From an uncultured Gemmataceae bacterium (GTDB lineage Bacteria; Planctomycetota; Planctomycetia; Gemmatales; Gemmataceae), in assembly GCA_963750165.1 (NCBI GenBank), contig CAVVPN010000003.1, positions 32,001 to 96,000 on the forward strand: a stretch of 64,000 bases of DNA, read 5' to 3'. The notes beneath the pieces are model-generated. The model was not told the DNA's origin. It saw nothing but the letters and a program-made list of their open reading frames with translations, and made no database searches. Shown here piece by piece: positions 20,700 to 32,300 of the stretch; positions within the stretch are counted from its first letter, which is position 1; each line of letters begins with the position of its first letter. Made by a program: the position numbers and the translations under genes.

Positions 20700-20935
20700 C
20701 CTTGGTGCGTGGCTCACTCGTATTGTAGGAAGGGGGGCAATAGCTGCCACCCCTGAAGATTATAAAAGCGGCGAAAACATCTGCAAGGGGAAAACCGCCC
20801 ATGAATGCTGGGTTGAGATCGACTGGGCGCCCGAAACAGACCGTCGCTCGCTGACAGTCTCCTCCGGGCTTCCGCCTGCTGATACACTGATCACAGGGAA
20901 ATCGACGCCCCCGCGCCCGTCCCCGGAGGAGCCTC

Positions 20936-21367
20936 ATGAACCCGAAACCCATCCCGCTGGAGACCACCCGCATTAACAGGCACCCCGAACCGGACCCCGC
21001 CGCCGCGCCCGCCGCGGACACTCCGCCGTCCGCCCCCGCCGAGCCGCTGACGCCCGAGCAGCTGGCGGCGCTGCGCCAGCAGGTCATCGACGCATTGTGT
21101 ACCTGTTTCGACCCGGAAATCCCCGTCAACATCTACGAGCTGGGCCTGATCTACGACATCGACCTGACGCCCGAGGGGGCCGTCGGCATCCGCATGACGC
21201 TGACGACGCCGGCCTGCCCCGCCGCCGGTTCGCTGCCGGGGGATGTCAAGGCCCGGCTGCTGCGCGTGCCCGGCGTCACCGCCGCCAGGGTCGATGTGGT
21301 CTGGGATCCACCCTGGGAGACGAGTCGCATGTCCGAGGCGGCCAAGCTGCAGCTCGGCATCGATTGA
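20936..21367 (+). CDS. SUF Fe-S cluster assembly protein (DUF59/SufT/PaaD-like)
   Basis: DPEIPVNIYELGLIY, MTLTTPACP and VWDPPW..MSEAAKL motifs. Confidence 0.92.
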   Translation: MNPKPIPLETTRINRHPEPDPAAAPAADTPPSAPAEPLTPEQLAALRQQVIDALCTCFDPEIPVNIYELGLIYDIDLTPEGAVGIRMTLTTPACPAAGSLPGDVKARLLRVPGVTAARVDVVWDPPWETSRMSEAAKLQLGID

Positions 21368-21610
21368 CGCGCGGCCCTTGCGACACGGGCTGGCGTTTGC
21401 GCATAATGGATGAGGTGGAGGGTGCGGCGTCCGGTACGTCGCCGGCGTAACGGAGGCTCATTCGGGCCCCGGCAGGACGCCCTGGAGGCGTTATGCCAGG
21501 GCTCGTGCATTTTGCGACGGAAAATGTCGCGGCTGGGGCGCAGCGGTTTCAGTGCCGTTTTGCTAAAATGCCCCAAACGATGGGACGTGTCTGTCTTGTG
21601 AGACTCTCAA

Positions 21611-22462
21611 ATGATTGACGAAGCCGAAGCGAGCCGCCGCGAACAAGAGCGGCGCTGGCGCGAGTCGCTGATCCTGCTCGGCCTGGACCCGGGGCCTGAG
21701 GAAGATGCCGCCCCGGAACCGGCGCCGGCGCCCGCACCGGAACCCGAGCCGGTGGCCGCGGCGCCCGTACCGCCGGAGCCGCGACGCCGCGACGCGGACG
21801 AGGACGAGGGCGGTCCACGCGGCCGCCGTCGCCGTCACGGGCCGCCGCGCGAGGAAGTCGCCGAGCCGGAAGCGCCACCGCCGGCCGTCCCCGAACCGGC
21901 GGCCGAGGAGCCAGCGGCAGCAGCCGTCGCCGAGCCGGCCGCCGCGGAGCCGACGGAAACCGCGGAGGATGAGGAGCGGCCGTCGGGCCGGCGCCGCGGT
22001 CGGCGCGGGGTGCGCGGCAGCCGGCGCGGCAAGGCCGAGGTCGAGGCGGAAGCCGAGGCCGAGCACGACGTGGAACCGGTGGTGGACGACACCGACCAGG
22101 AAGCGGCGCTGGAGGCTGGCCTGGCCGAACTGTCCACCGAGGCGGAGGTCGAGCCGGAAACCGCGGCGGAGGCGCCGGCGCAAGAGGAGGCCGAGGAGCG
22201 GCCGCAGGGACGGTCCCGGCGGCGGCGCCGCAAGCGCGGCCGCGGTCGGCGCGACCAGGAAGTCGAGGCCGAAACGGAAGAGGAGACCACGGATACTGCC
22301 GCCGCCGAGGCCGAGGAGCCGGCGGAGGACGAGGAGTCCGAAGCCGAGGTGACGGCCGAGGACGATGACGAGGACGATGACGAGGAGCCCGACACGCTGT
22401 CCGACTGGAACGTGCCGAGCTGGAACGAATTGATCGCCTCGCTGTACCGCCCGGATCGCTGA
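21611..22462 (+). CDS. Acidic, low-complexity hypothetical protein with poly-Arg patches
   Basis: E/A/P-rich ORF with three RRR blocks and a C-terminal WNVPSWNELIASLY motif. Confidence 0.75.
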   Translation: MIDEAEASRREQERRWRESLILLGLDPGPEEDAAPEPAPAPAPEPEPVAAAPVPPEPRRRDADEDEGGPRGRRRRHGPPREEVAEPEAPPPAVPEPAAEEPAAAAVAEPAAAEPTETAEDEERPSGRRRGRRGVRGSRRGKAEVEAEAEAEHDVEPVVDDTDQEAALEAGLAELSTEAEVEPETAAEAPAQEEAEERPQGRSRRRRRKRGRGRRDQEVEAETEEETTDTAAAEAEEPAEDEESEAEVTAEDDDEDDDEEPDTLSDWNVPSWNELIASLYRPDR

Positions 22463-22550
22463 CTACCTGGCGCCGCACGGACCACGGCGGCGCCGTTTTC
22501 GCGGCCGTGCCGGCAGGTGGCCGGCCCCAGCCGTTCGAGGTTGCCGCTTT

Positions 22551-23000
22551 ATGGCTGACGCCATCATTGACCTGGTCGGCCCGGAAGAGTTGCCGACCAT
22601 TGTGGAGCTTTACAATCAGATTTTCCGCCCGCCGCGCAACCTGGAGTCGTTCAAGCGCCGGTATCGCGGCCGCTACAACATTCTGCAACTGATCGCCCGT
22701 CTCGGCGAGCGGCCGGTGGGCTTCTTCCTCGGCTTCGAGTTGAAACCGCTGGTGTTTTTCGCCTGGTTTTACGGCGTCCATCCGGAGGTTCGCCGTCAGG
22801 GCATTGCGTCGCAGATGATGGACGCGGTCCACAGCTGGGCGCTGCAGAACGAGTACGAGTTTGTGCGCTTCGAGTGTCACAACCAGCACCGGCCGATGCT
22901 GCACCTGGCGATTGAACTGGGTTACGACATTGTCGGTATGCGCTGGGACTCCGACCGCGGCGACAATCTGCTGATCTTCGAGAAGGTGCTAACACATTGA
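22551..23000 (+). CDS. GNAT N-acetyltransferase
   Basis: GVHPEVRRQGIASQMM acetyl-CoA binding motif. Confidence 0.88.
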   Translation: MADAIIDLVGPEELPTIVELYNQIFRPPRNLESFKRRYRGRYNILQLIARLGERPVGFFLGFELKPLVFFAWFYGVHPEVRRQGIASQMMDAVHSWALQNEYEFVRFECHNQHRPMLHLAIELGYDIVGMRWDSDRGDNLLIFEKVLTH

Positions 23001-23005
23001 ATTGA

Positions 23006-23132
23006 AAACCACGGAACACACGGAACACACGGAAAAAAGACAAAAGAATAGAACGTCGGGTTGAAGTCCCTGGACATGAACCCAGGGCAATTATTCTTTT
23101 GTTTTTTCCGTGTTTTCCGTGTGTTCCGTGGT

Positions 23133-23134
<2 letters not shown>
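23006..23134. repeat. Family A palindrome (CACGGAA units) between convergent genes, touching the amidotransferase stop codon
   Basis: ~44-bp near-perfect arms at 23006-23050 and 23092-23134. Confidence 0.9.
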
Positions 23135-23720
<586 letters not shown>

Positions 23721-23725
23721 GCCCG

Positions 23726-24013
23726 TCAGCCTTGCTTTTCCGGGATAGGCTGGGCGCTGTTGACCTTGGCATCGTACTTGGATTTGGCCTCGGCCGGGTC
23801 GAGCTTCGTCAGGTACTCCTCCGACGCGGTGATGTCGTACCAGCCGCCATCCTGGAAATCGATGATCGCCTTGCCATTATAATTGACGGTGACGACTCGG
23901 CCGATGATGCCCGCAAAGCGGCGCATCTCCGGCCGCTCCGGCTTGACCATGACGTACTGGTCCGTCCACACACGCTTCAGTTCCTCGCACTGCGCTACCG
24001 TCTGGGAGATCAT
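23726..24013 (-). CDS. Small hypothetical protein (beta-rich, possibly SH3-like)
   Basis: 95-aa ORF with GAGG RBS, tightly packed between its neighbours. Confidence 0.75.
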   Translation of the reverse strand: MISQTVAQCEELKRVWTDQYVMVKPERPEMRRFAGIIGRVVTVNYNGKAIIDFQDGGWYDITASEEYLTKLDPAEAKSKYDAKVNSAQPIPEKQG

Positions 24014-24024
24014 CGCGGGTCACC

Positions 24025-25026
<1,002 letters not shown>

Positions 25027-25037
25027 TTGCCCTCCTT

Positions 25038-25152
25038 AGTCCTTAGTCATTGGTCATTAGTCATTAGTTAACAGGGTTTCAGATCCAAGCAAAAGTTTAG
25101 GTTTCGACAGCGACCCAGATAACTAATGACTAATGACCAATGACTAAGGACT
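25038..25152. repeat. GTCATTA heptamer palindrome (family C)
   Basis: Perfect 33-bp arms at 25038-25070 and 25120-25152. Confidence 0.95.
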
Positions 25153-25154
25153 TT

Positions 25155-27422
25155 TTACGGCTTCTTCCCCTCGGCTTCCGTCTCCGACGCCCTGGCGCCG
25201 TCAGACGCGGGCGCCTCGCCGCTGGCGGGCTCCTTGTCGGTCGGCGGCGCGGCGGGAGCGGGGCCCGGCGTACCGCCCAGGCCGCTCGCCGGCAGTTCGG
25301 GGCCAGGTGGCGCCAGCTGCGTCGGCCGCGCCGTGCTCGGCGGCGGGGCCGTCGGTGGCGCTGCCGGCGGCCGTAGCGACGGGGGCTCCACGAGTTGCAA
25401 ACCCGTCTTCGCCGCGGTCGGCTCGACGGCCGTCGTTGGGGTCGGCGGCGTCGCGTTGGTCGTCGCCGGCGCCGCTGGATACGGCACCTCCGGTTCCGTC
25501 TGCTCCAAATGAACCTCGTCCAGTTCCGTGTCGTCCACGTTTCGCCGCATCAGGAAGTAGATGATCGTGCTTGCCGACCAGAAGAAACTGTAGCCGAAGC
25601 CCACCACCAGTAGGAACAGGAGGTACAGCCACACCGACACCATAAACGCCCCCACAAAGTCGTACGGCGCCCGCTCCTTGAGGTAGTTCGGGTTCAGCGT
25701 GTACGTCTCGGCGACCTGGCCAGAATTGCGGATCACGTCCTCGGTGGTTGCGTCGGGCGCCTTGTGCAGCAGCAGATCGCGCCAGCCGAACGATGTCGGC
25801 GCGTACATGAACAGATACTCCGGGTCGCGGCTCTGGAAGCCGGGGGCCTGCGATACCCCCCACTTGCCCAGGTAAACCATCAGCGAGCCCATCAGGCCGA
25901 CGAAGAAGATCAGCACCGCCCCGTACACCAGGGCCACCACGCAGTACCAGGCGTACTGCCACGGCGCCTGGTAGACGTAGCTGTATGAGCGGCTGATGGC
26001 GTCGAAGCTGTCGCTGCCCTCGGCGCTGATGGTCGGGTACATCAGCGGCCAGCCGACCAGGCCGACCAGCACGATCGCCATGATCAGACCGACGAGCAAC
26101 ACCACCGGCCAGAGCAGGCCCGCCAGCACGATGTCGCCGAGCAACGGAATGTTGCGCTCCAGCAGGCCGAAAACGATCAGGAACAGCGTCAGCACCGCCA
26201 GGAAGATCAGCGGGAACAGCGGCGCCAGGAAGAACGACTTGAAGCGCGCACAGGTGAAGCGCACTGCCTCGGTCATGCTGACCTTCTCGTTGGTGCGCGC
26301 GACCTGCACCGCGGCCATGCGCGTGATGGCGCCGCCGAAGAAGCCCCAGACTGCCAGGGCCACCAGGATCACCAGAAACAGGTAAATGCGGTTCCAACCG
26401 CCGGCCGCCGGGTCCAGCAGATACACGATCGGCCGCAGGAATTTCACCAGCGGCTCCAGCAGCACCGGCGCCTGGTCGTTGCCCAGCCAGGTCAAAAACT
26501 CGCCGCGCTCCCACGGCACGTGGCGCGTCGTGCCCTCGGTGCCGACCATCTTGACGTTGCCGGTGATGAGCAGATACGGGTTGGGGCCGCGGTCCTCGAA
26601 CCACGGCAGCGTCCGCAGCCGGCCCGACGGCTTCACCTTGGGGTTTTGCAGCTCAATCGCCTTGTCCGTCAACCGCTTGTTGCGCAGATTGTTGGCGACC
26701 TCCGCCTTGATCTCCTCGACCGTGCGGCTCTTCTCGCGAAAATCCTTGATCTTTTCCGCCGCCGGCTTCGACAGCGGCCTGACGGGAATATCCTTGATCT
26801 TCACAGTCACGTTCTCGCCCATGCCGCGGATGTCCAGGTCGCGCAAGCGCAATTCCTCGTTCTTGACCCAGCGCTCGATGGTCTCGATGTTTTCCTTGCT
26901 GCTTTGGATGGTGAGCGGCAACTTGTCCACTTCCAGTTTGAACATTTCCTGGTCGTCGCCCGAGGTGCCGGTCACGATCATTGCGCGGCGGGCCAGTTCG
27001 CTCTTGATACGGGCGTATTCCTTCTTGATGTTCTCCCAGTCCTGCCGGCTTTCGGCGAAGTCGGCGGCGTCGTAGATCCACTTCTTCTCCTTCGCCTCCT
27101 TGTACGTCTCTGGCGTGGTGCCGGCCATCTCGAAGGTCAGGTTCCAGTGCTGGCGGGCCGACTTGAAGGCCTTCCAGGCGGCTTCCTCGCCGCCCACCTC
27201 ATAGTCCGACGCCTTGAAGTCCTCCGGTTGCGGCGGGTTCTGGTTGAAGCTGAAATAGATGGCCGACAAGATCCACCAGCCCAGCGCCATGGCGAGGACG
27301 CCGCCGCCGGCCAGCAGCAGTTTCTTGGGGTCCATGGCCACCTTGAACGCGCTGAACAGCCGGGTCCACGGGGCAAACTCGCGCAGGTAATCTTTCTTCA
27401 GACCGCTCTGATCATCGGCCAT
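25155..27422 (-). CDS. Hypothetical polytopic membrane protein
   Basis: 755-aa ORF with several TM segments, the motif EGSDSFDAISRSYSYVYQ, and a Pro-rich tail. Confidence 0.85.
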   Translation of the reverse strand: MADDQSGLKKDYLREFAPWTRLFSAFKVAMDPKKLLLAGGGVLAMALGWWILSAIYFSFNQNPPQPEDFKASDYEVGGEEAAWKAFKSARQHWNLTFEMAGTTPETYKEAKEKKWIYDAADFAESRQDWENIKKEYARIKSELARRAMIVTGTSGDDQEMFKLEVDKLPLTIQSSKENIETIERWVKNEELRLRDLDIRGMGENVTVKIKDIPVRPLSKPAAEKIKDFREKSRTVEEIKAEVANNLRNKRLTDKAIELQNPKVKPSGRLRTLPWFEDRGPNPYLLITGNVKMVGTEGTTRHVPWERGEFLTWLGNDQAPVLLEPLVKFLRPIVYLLDPAAGGWNRIYLFLVILVALAVWGFFGGAITRMAAVQVARTNEKVSMTEAVRFTCARFKSFFLAPLFPLIFLAVLTLFLIVFGLLERNIPLLGDIVLAGLLWPVVLLVGLIMAIVLVGLVGWPLMYPTISAEGSDSFDAISRSYSYVYQAPWQYAWYCVVALVYGAVLIFFVGLMGSLMVYLGKWGVSQAPGFQSRDPEYLFMYAPTSFGWRDLLLHKAPDATTEDVIRNSGQVAETYTLNPNYLKERAPYDFVGAFMVSVWLYLLFLLVVGFGYSFFWSASTIIYFLMRRNVDDTELDEVHLEQTEPEVPYPAAPATTNATPPTPTTAVEPTAAKTGLQLVEPPSLRPPAAPPTAPPPSTARPTQLAPPGPELPASGLGGTPGPAPAAPPTDKEPASGEAPASDGARASETEAEGKKP

Positions 27423-27649
27423 GCCATCGCTCCTTCTCCAGAATGCCCGCCGACCCCGCCGCCGCGTGCCGGCCCGGTCGGAAGTGCTTTCTTCTTGTTG
27501 GAGGTGGCATTATATGGCCGCCCCGGGGCTTTGCAATCGCCTCGGGCAAAATGGGCCGCGGCCGGCGCCCTCCCCCGCACGCGGAGAGCGCCGGCCGCGG
27601 TTGCGCGACCGAAGGCCTTAGGGAGATGGAGGTTAACCGCCGGCCTTTG

Positions 27650-28894
27650 CTAGAACGTGAAGGCCACGTTGATGGTGAAGCCGTTCATGAAACGGGTGAT
27701 GCCACGGTCCCAGCCCGGGTCCGGATTGCTGGCGTTAAAATCGACCGGCCGCTGCGACGCCATCGTGTTAAAGAACAGCATGGCGTCGTAACCCATCTTC
27801 ACCTGGATGCCCTCGTAGGGATACCACCACACGTTGGCACTCCCCATGATTTCGGGGGAAATGGTGAAGAACTGGCGCTTGTGCGACGCGGCGGTGCTCA
27901 GGTCGCCCAGCTGATACTTCGCCTGGGCATCGACGAAGTCCGCGAACAGGGCCGCGTCCAGGTCCAGGCTGAAGGCGAACGCCCCGATGGGCGTCGTGCC
28001 CAGATACCACTCGTTGCCCAGACCCCAGTGCAGGCCCCACAATTCGTTCGACACCACGTTGGTGTACAGGGCCTGGTCGGTCGGCCCGGCCACCAGGTTG
28101 ACGTTGTCGGACACCGTATTCCAGCTGAACCGCTCCCAGATCGCGACCTGGCGCGGCCCGAACGTGCTGTACAGCCGGTAGGTCTCCGTCTGCTGTATGG
28201 GGTAGCGGACGTTGATCTGGTACTGGTTGAAGCGCTGCAGGAATTGAATGGTCTGGTACGTCGAGGCGTTCCAGATGCCGAAGGTCGCCCCGGCGTTGCC
28301 GATGCCCACCTGGTCCGCCGGGCCGTTGTAGGCCGGCGTGTAGTTGTACACAAACGAGGTGATGAACGTGTTCTCCTGGAAGTTCCCCGGGAAATGGGTC
28401 GTCGGAATGGCCGAGGTGGCGCTCGCCGAATAGCGCGCGTCCTGCAGGTGGAACCAGTTGAACTCCAGGGCGATGCCGCTCTCGAACCGCCAGCCGATGG
28501 TGAAGTCGTAGCCGGGCACGAACGTCAGCGGGCCGGACACCGCGTCGGTCAACAGCGCCGGGGTGCGGTCGCCGACGAACTCGCCCGGGGTGGGGCCGAC
28601 CTGCCCCAGGGCGGCAGCGATGCTGCCGTCCTGGTCAATGAGGCCGTGGACGGCGATGATCTGTTGCTTGATCGGGTTGGTACTCATGAAGAACTTGAAG
28701 CCGCCCGCGACGTACAGGCCGCCGTTCTCCAGGCGCGGGTGGCCCAGGATGGAGGGCACAATGTACTCCGGCGGCGGCACCTCGTAATTGCCGTTGGTGG
28801 GCGGTTGTCCCTGGGCGTCCCGTGCCAACAGCACCACCCCCAGCAAGCTGGCCGCCGTCACCGACCCCCACCAGCCGATTTGTTTCCGTGCCAT
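27650..28894 (-). CDS. Putative outer-membrane beta-barrel protein (BBP7-like)
   Basis: Signal peptide, alternating aromatic beta-strands and a C-terminal INVAFTF; start uncertain. Confidence 0.72.
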   Translation of the reverse strand: MARKQIGWWGSVTAASLLGVVLLARDAQGQPPTNGNYEVPPPEYIVPSILGHPRLENGGLYVAGGFKFFMSTNPIKQQIIAVHGLIDQDGSIAAALGQVGPTPGEFVGDRTPALLTDAVSGPLTFVPGYDFTIGWRFESGIALEFNWFHLQDARYSASATSAIPTTHFPGNFQENTFITSFVYNYTPAYNGPADQVGIGNAGATFGIWNASTYQTIQFLQRFNQYQINVRYPIQQTETYRLYSTFGPRQVAIWERFSWNTVSDNVNLVAGPTDQALYTNVVSNELWGLHWGLGNEWYLGTTPIGAFAFSLDLDAALFADFVDAQAKYQLGDLSTAASHKRQFFTISPEIMGSANVWWYPYEGIQVKMGYDAMLFFNTMASQRPVDFNASNPDPGWDRGITRFMNGFTINVAFTF

Positions 28895-29284
28895 CCCCAT
28901 CTCCTCCATGACGAAGGCGCTGCGGCCGGGCTCCACAAAATCCCCCGGGAGCCAGGACCGTGCAGGGCCGGCCGACGCGCTTGCGGCCGCCCTGTGCGTG
29001 CTTCTTTTTCTCTGAACAGAGAGAGCGAGGGAATATAGCAACCGGCCCGTGGTGGTCAAGGCCAAATTCGGGCGCGGTGCGTTTTTTGGTCGTGTTCCCA
29101 ACCGAACAGGGCCGTTCCCCCAAAGCGGACTGGGCGGTATAATAGAGATAGTGCCAGGGAGGGCTTTCATCTCGTTTCATCTCACAGACCCCCCTGCCTC
29201 TCCAGGGGCCGCGCAGATTCCCTATTCACAGTTGTTAGGCGAGCCGGGAGGCCCTGACCCAACCGACGATTGATCTACCGCCAA

Positions 29285-29333
29285 CCGGCCCGTTGACGTT
29301 TCGCGCGGGCCGCGCGAAACGTCAACGGGCCGG
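29285..29333. repeat. Family H palindrome just downstream of the large surface protein; likely terminator
   Basis: ccggcccgttgacgtttcgcgcgg-g-ccgcgcgaaacgtcaacgggccgg. Confidence 0.85.
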
Positions 29334-29338
29334 GTCGC

Positions 29339-32300
29339 TCACGCATCCAGCACGCCGAGCCAGTAACTTTCGCCGCCCTGGTCCGCGGGCCGATCCAGCA
29401 CCCTCATGTACGTGCTGGTGATCCAGTTAGCCGCGGTGCCGCCCTGCTTCTGCAGGTACTCCTGCGAACTGAGGAAGCCAACCTGAATCTGCGTGTCGGT
29501 GGCGCCGTGCTGCAGCTGGTTGACCCAGTACGACAGTTCGCCGGCGCCGGCGGTGCGGCCCAGGTACTGATGGTAGTAACTCTGAGCCAGCATGGTGTCG
29601 CGCTCCGTGCTGGTGGTGAAGCCCATGACGATGTTGCTCTTCGAGGCGCCAGCATTCACCTGCTGCACCCAGCCGGACAGGCCGGCGGAGTCGGCGGCGC
29701 GGCCGAGCAGGTCGGTGTACAGCGCTTTCACGTATGCCGTCGGGTTGTTGCCGACGTGCTGGTAAAACTCCGTTGAGCCGAGGAATCCCGCCAGCACCTG
29801 GTTGTCGTTGCCGCCGTGCTGCAGGTAATTGACCCACGGGGCGATCTCACCGGCGCTGGCGGCGCGGCCCAGATACATCTGGTAGTAATTGAGGATCAGC
29901 CCGGTGTAGTATTCCGTGCTCTGCAGGATGCCGAAGCCCGCCGTGGTCAGCCCGGACGCTGTCGGGCCCGTCGCCACCGTGGCCGTGCCGAGGCTCACCG
30001 CCTCGTCGCCGTCATTGTCGTGGATGTTGACGAGCACCGTGAAGGTGCCGGCGGTCGCGTAGGTGTGCGTGCCGGTCACGGTGAAGCCGCTGCCGCTGGT
30101 ATTCGCGGCCACGGTGCCCTGCGAGGTCCGGCCGTCGCCCCAGCTGATGGTCGCGGTGAAGTTGCTCACCCCGGAGCCGTCCGCGTCGGTGAAGGTGGCC
30201 ACGGTGCCGGTGAACGCGGTGCCGGCGGTGGCGCTGACCGGCACGGCCGTCGCCACCAGGCTCGCCGGTGTCGTCGTCACCGTCGCCAGGCTCGCCGTCG
30301 TCGCCATGCTGTTGTCGCTGGTGTTCTGGATGCTCACCGTCACGACGAAGGAGTCGTCCTCGCCGAAATTCGGCGCTTTCAGGGAAGTCGCGTCCGTGGT
30401 GCTGGCGCTGCTGTAGGTATGCGTGCCGGTCACCACGAAGCCGCTGCCGCTGCTGTTCGCCGACACCGTGCCCGCGGAACTGGTGCCGTCACCCCAGTTG
30501 ATGGTTACCGTGAAGTCGGACGCCTGGGCGCTGGTGTCCAGCGATGTGAAGCTGGCCACGGTGCCCGTGAAGGCGGTGCCGACCACGGCGTTGAAGGACG
30601 TGCCATACGCCTGCAGCGTCGGCGGCGCCGGGGCCACGCTGGCCACGGCCTGCGAAGTCGCGGTGTGGCTGGCGGAGTCCGACACCGTCACGCTGAAGAT
30701 GTACGCCGCGCCGCCCAGGCCGAAGCTGGTCGCGCTGTGGCCAAAGCCCAGGCCGGGGCTGCCCCAGACCGGCGTCGGCGCCTGCAGCGTGTAGGTGTGC
30801 GTGCCGGTCACGTCGTAGCCGCCGTTCGGGTCGGCGGTGACGGTGCCAGCGGAACTGCTGCCGTCACCCCAATTGATGGTTGCGGTGAAGGTGGTGCTGG
30901 TCGTGGCGGTGGTGTCGGTGAACTTCGCCACGGTGCCGGTGAACGCGGTACCGGAGGTCGTCTGGATGTTGTTCGCCGTCACCGTGAGGACGACCGGCTG
31001 CGCCGTCACGGTGGCCAAACTCTCGGCATTCACGGTGGTGCTGTTCGACGTGTCGGTGATGCTGACGCCGACGATGTAATTGCGGCTCGGCGGCGGGTTG
31101 AAGGCGAACCACGGGAAGCCGCCGCGGTAGGTCGGCAGCGTGTAGGTGTGCGTGCCGGTCACGTCGTACTGGCCGGCCACGGTCGGGTCCGCGGCGACGG
31201 TGCCGGTGGACGTGGTGCCGTCGCCCCAGGTGATGGTCGCGGTGAAGGTGGCCGCGGTGGCGGTGCTGTCGGTGGACGTGAACGTGGCCACGGTGCCGGT
31301 GAAGGCGACGCCGCTGGCGGCCTGGAGGTTCTGGCCCCTGGCGGTGATGCTCGGCGGAATTGGCGCCACCCTGGCCAGGCTCTGCCCCACGGCCGTGGCG
31401 CTGGCCGGGTTGTCGGTCACGGTGATGGTGAGCACGTAGAACTGGTTGCCGGGCGTGCCGCCGTGCCAGGGGTTGGTGAAGCCGAAGCCGAAGCCGCCGA
31501 AGACCGGCGGCGTGGTGCTGCTGTTGGCGTAGGTGTGGGTGCCGGTCACGTCGAAGCCGCTGCCGTCGGCGACGACGGTGCCGGTGGAGCTGGTGCCGTC
31601 GCCCCAGTTGATGGTGGCGGTGAAGTCGCCGGCCGCCGCATTGCTGCGCACGTCGGTGAAGCTGGCGACAGTGCCGGTGAAGGCGGTGCCAGCGGTGGCG
31701 CTGAGGACCGTGCCCTTGATCGTGACGGTCGGCGGCGGCGGCGTCACGGTTGCCCGGGACAGGCTGGAGCCGACGACGGCGCCGGTGGCGTCCTTCACGG
31801 TGACGGTGACGGCGTACCAGCCGGCCCCGGTGTAGGTGTGGGTGCCGGTCACGTCGTAGTTGCTGCCGTCCGGGGCGAGGGTGGCGGCGGAGCTGGTGCC
31901 GTCGCCCCAGCTGATGGTGGCGGTGTAGCCGGCGGCCGCGCTGGCGCTGGCGCCGCTAATGGTGGCGACGACGCTCGTGAACGACTGGCCGGCGACCGCC
32001 TGCACCGGGTCACCGGTCACGGTCACGGTCGGGCTGGGAGTGGTCGGGGTGGTCGGAGTGGTGGAGTCGCTGGGCACCACGACCTGGTTGGCCGCGTTCG
32101 ACCAGACGCCGGTGACGACGTACCGGCCGTTGTCCAGCGTGCCGTAGGTGCCCTCGCCGAGGTCGGCGATCTCGTCGCCCTGGGCGTCGAACCAGCCGGT
32201 CTGCGTGTCCGGATCGGTCATGGACTCGGAGATTTCGTGCGACAGGACATAGGTGTCGTCCTGGAAGGTGGTCAGCGGCGTATTGATGACGCTGCCGACC

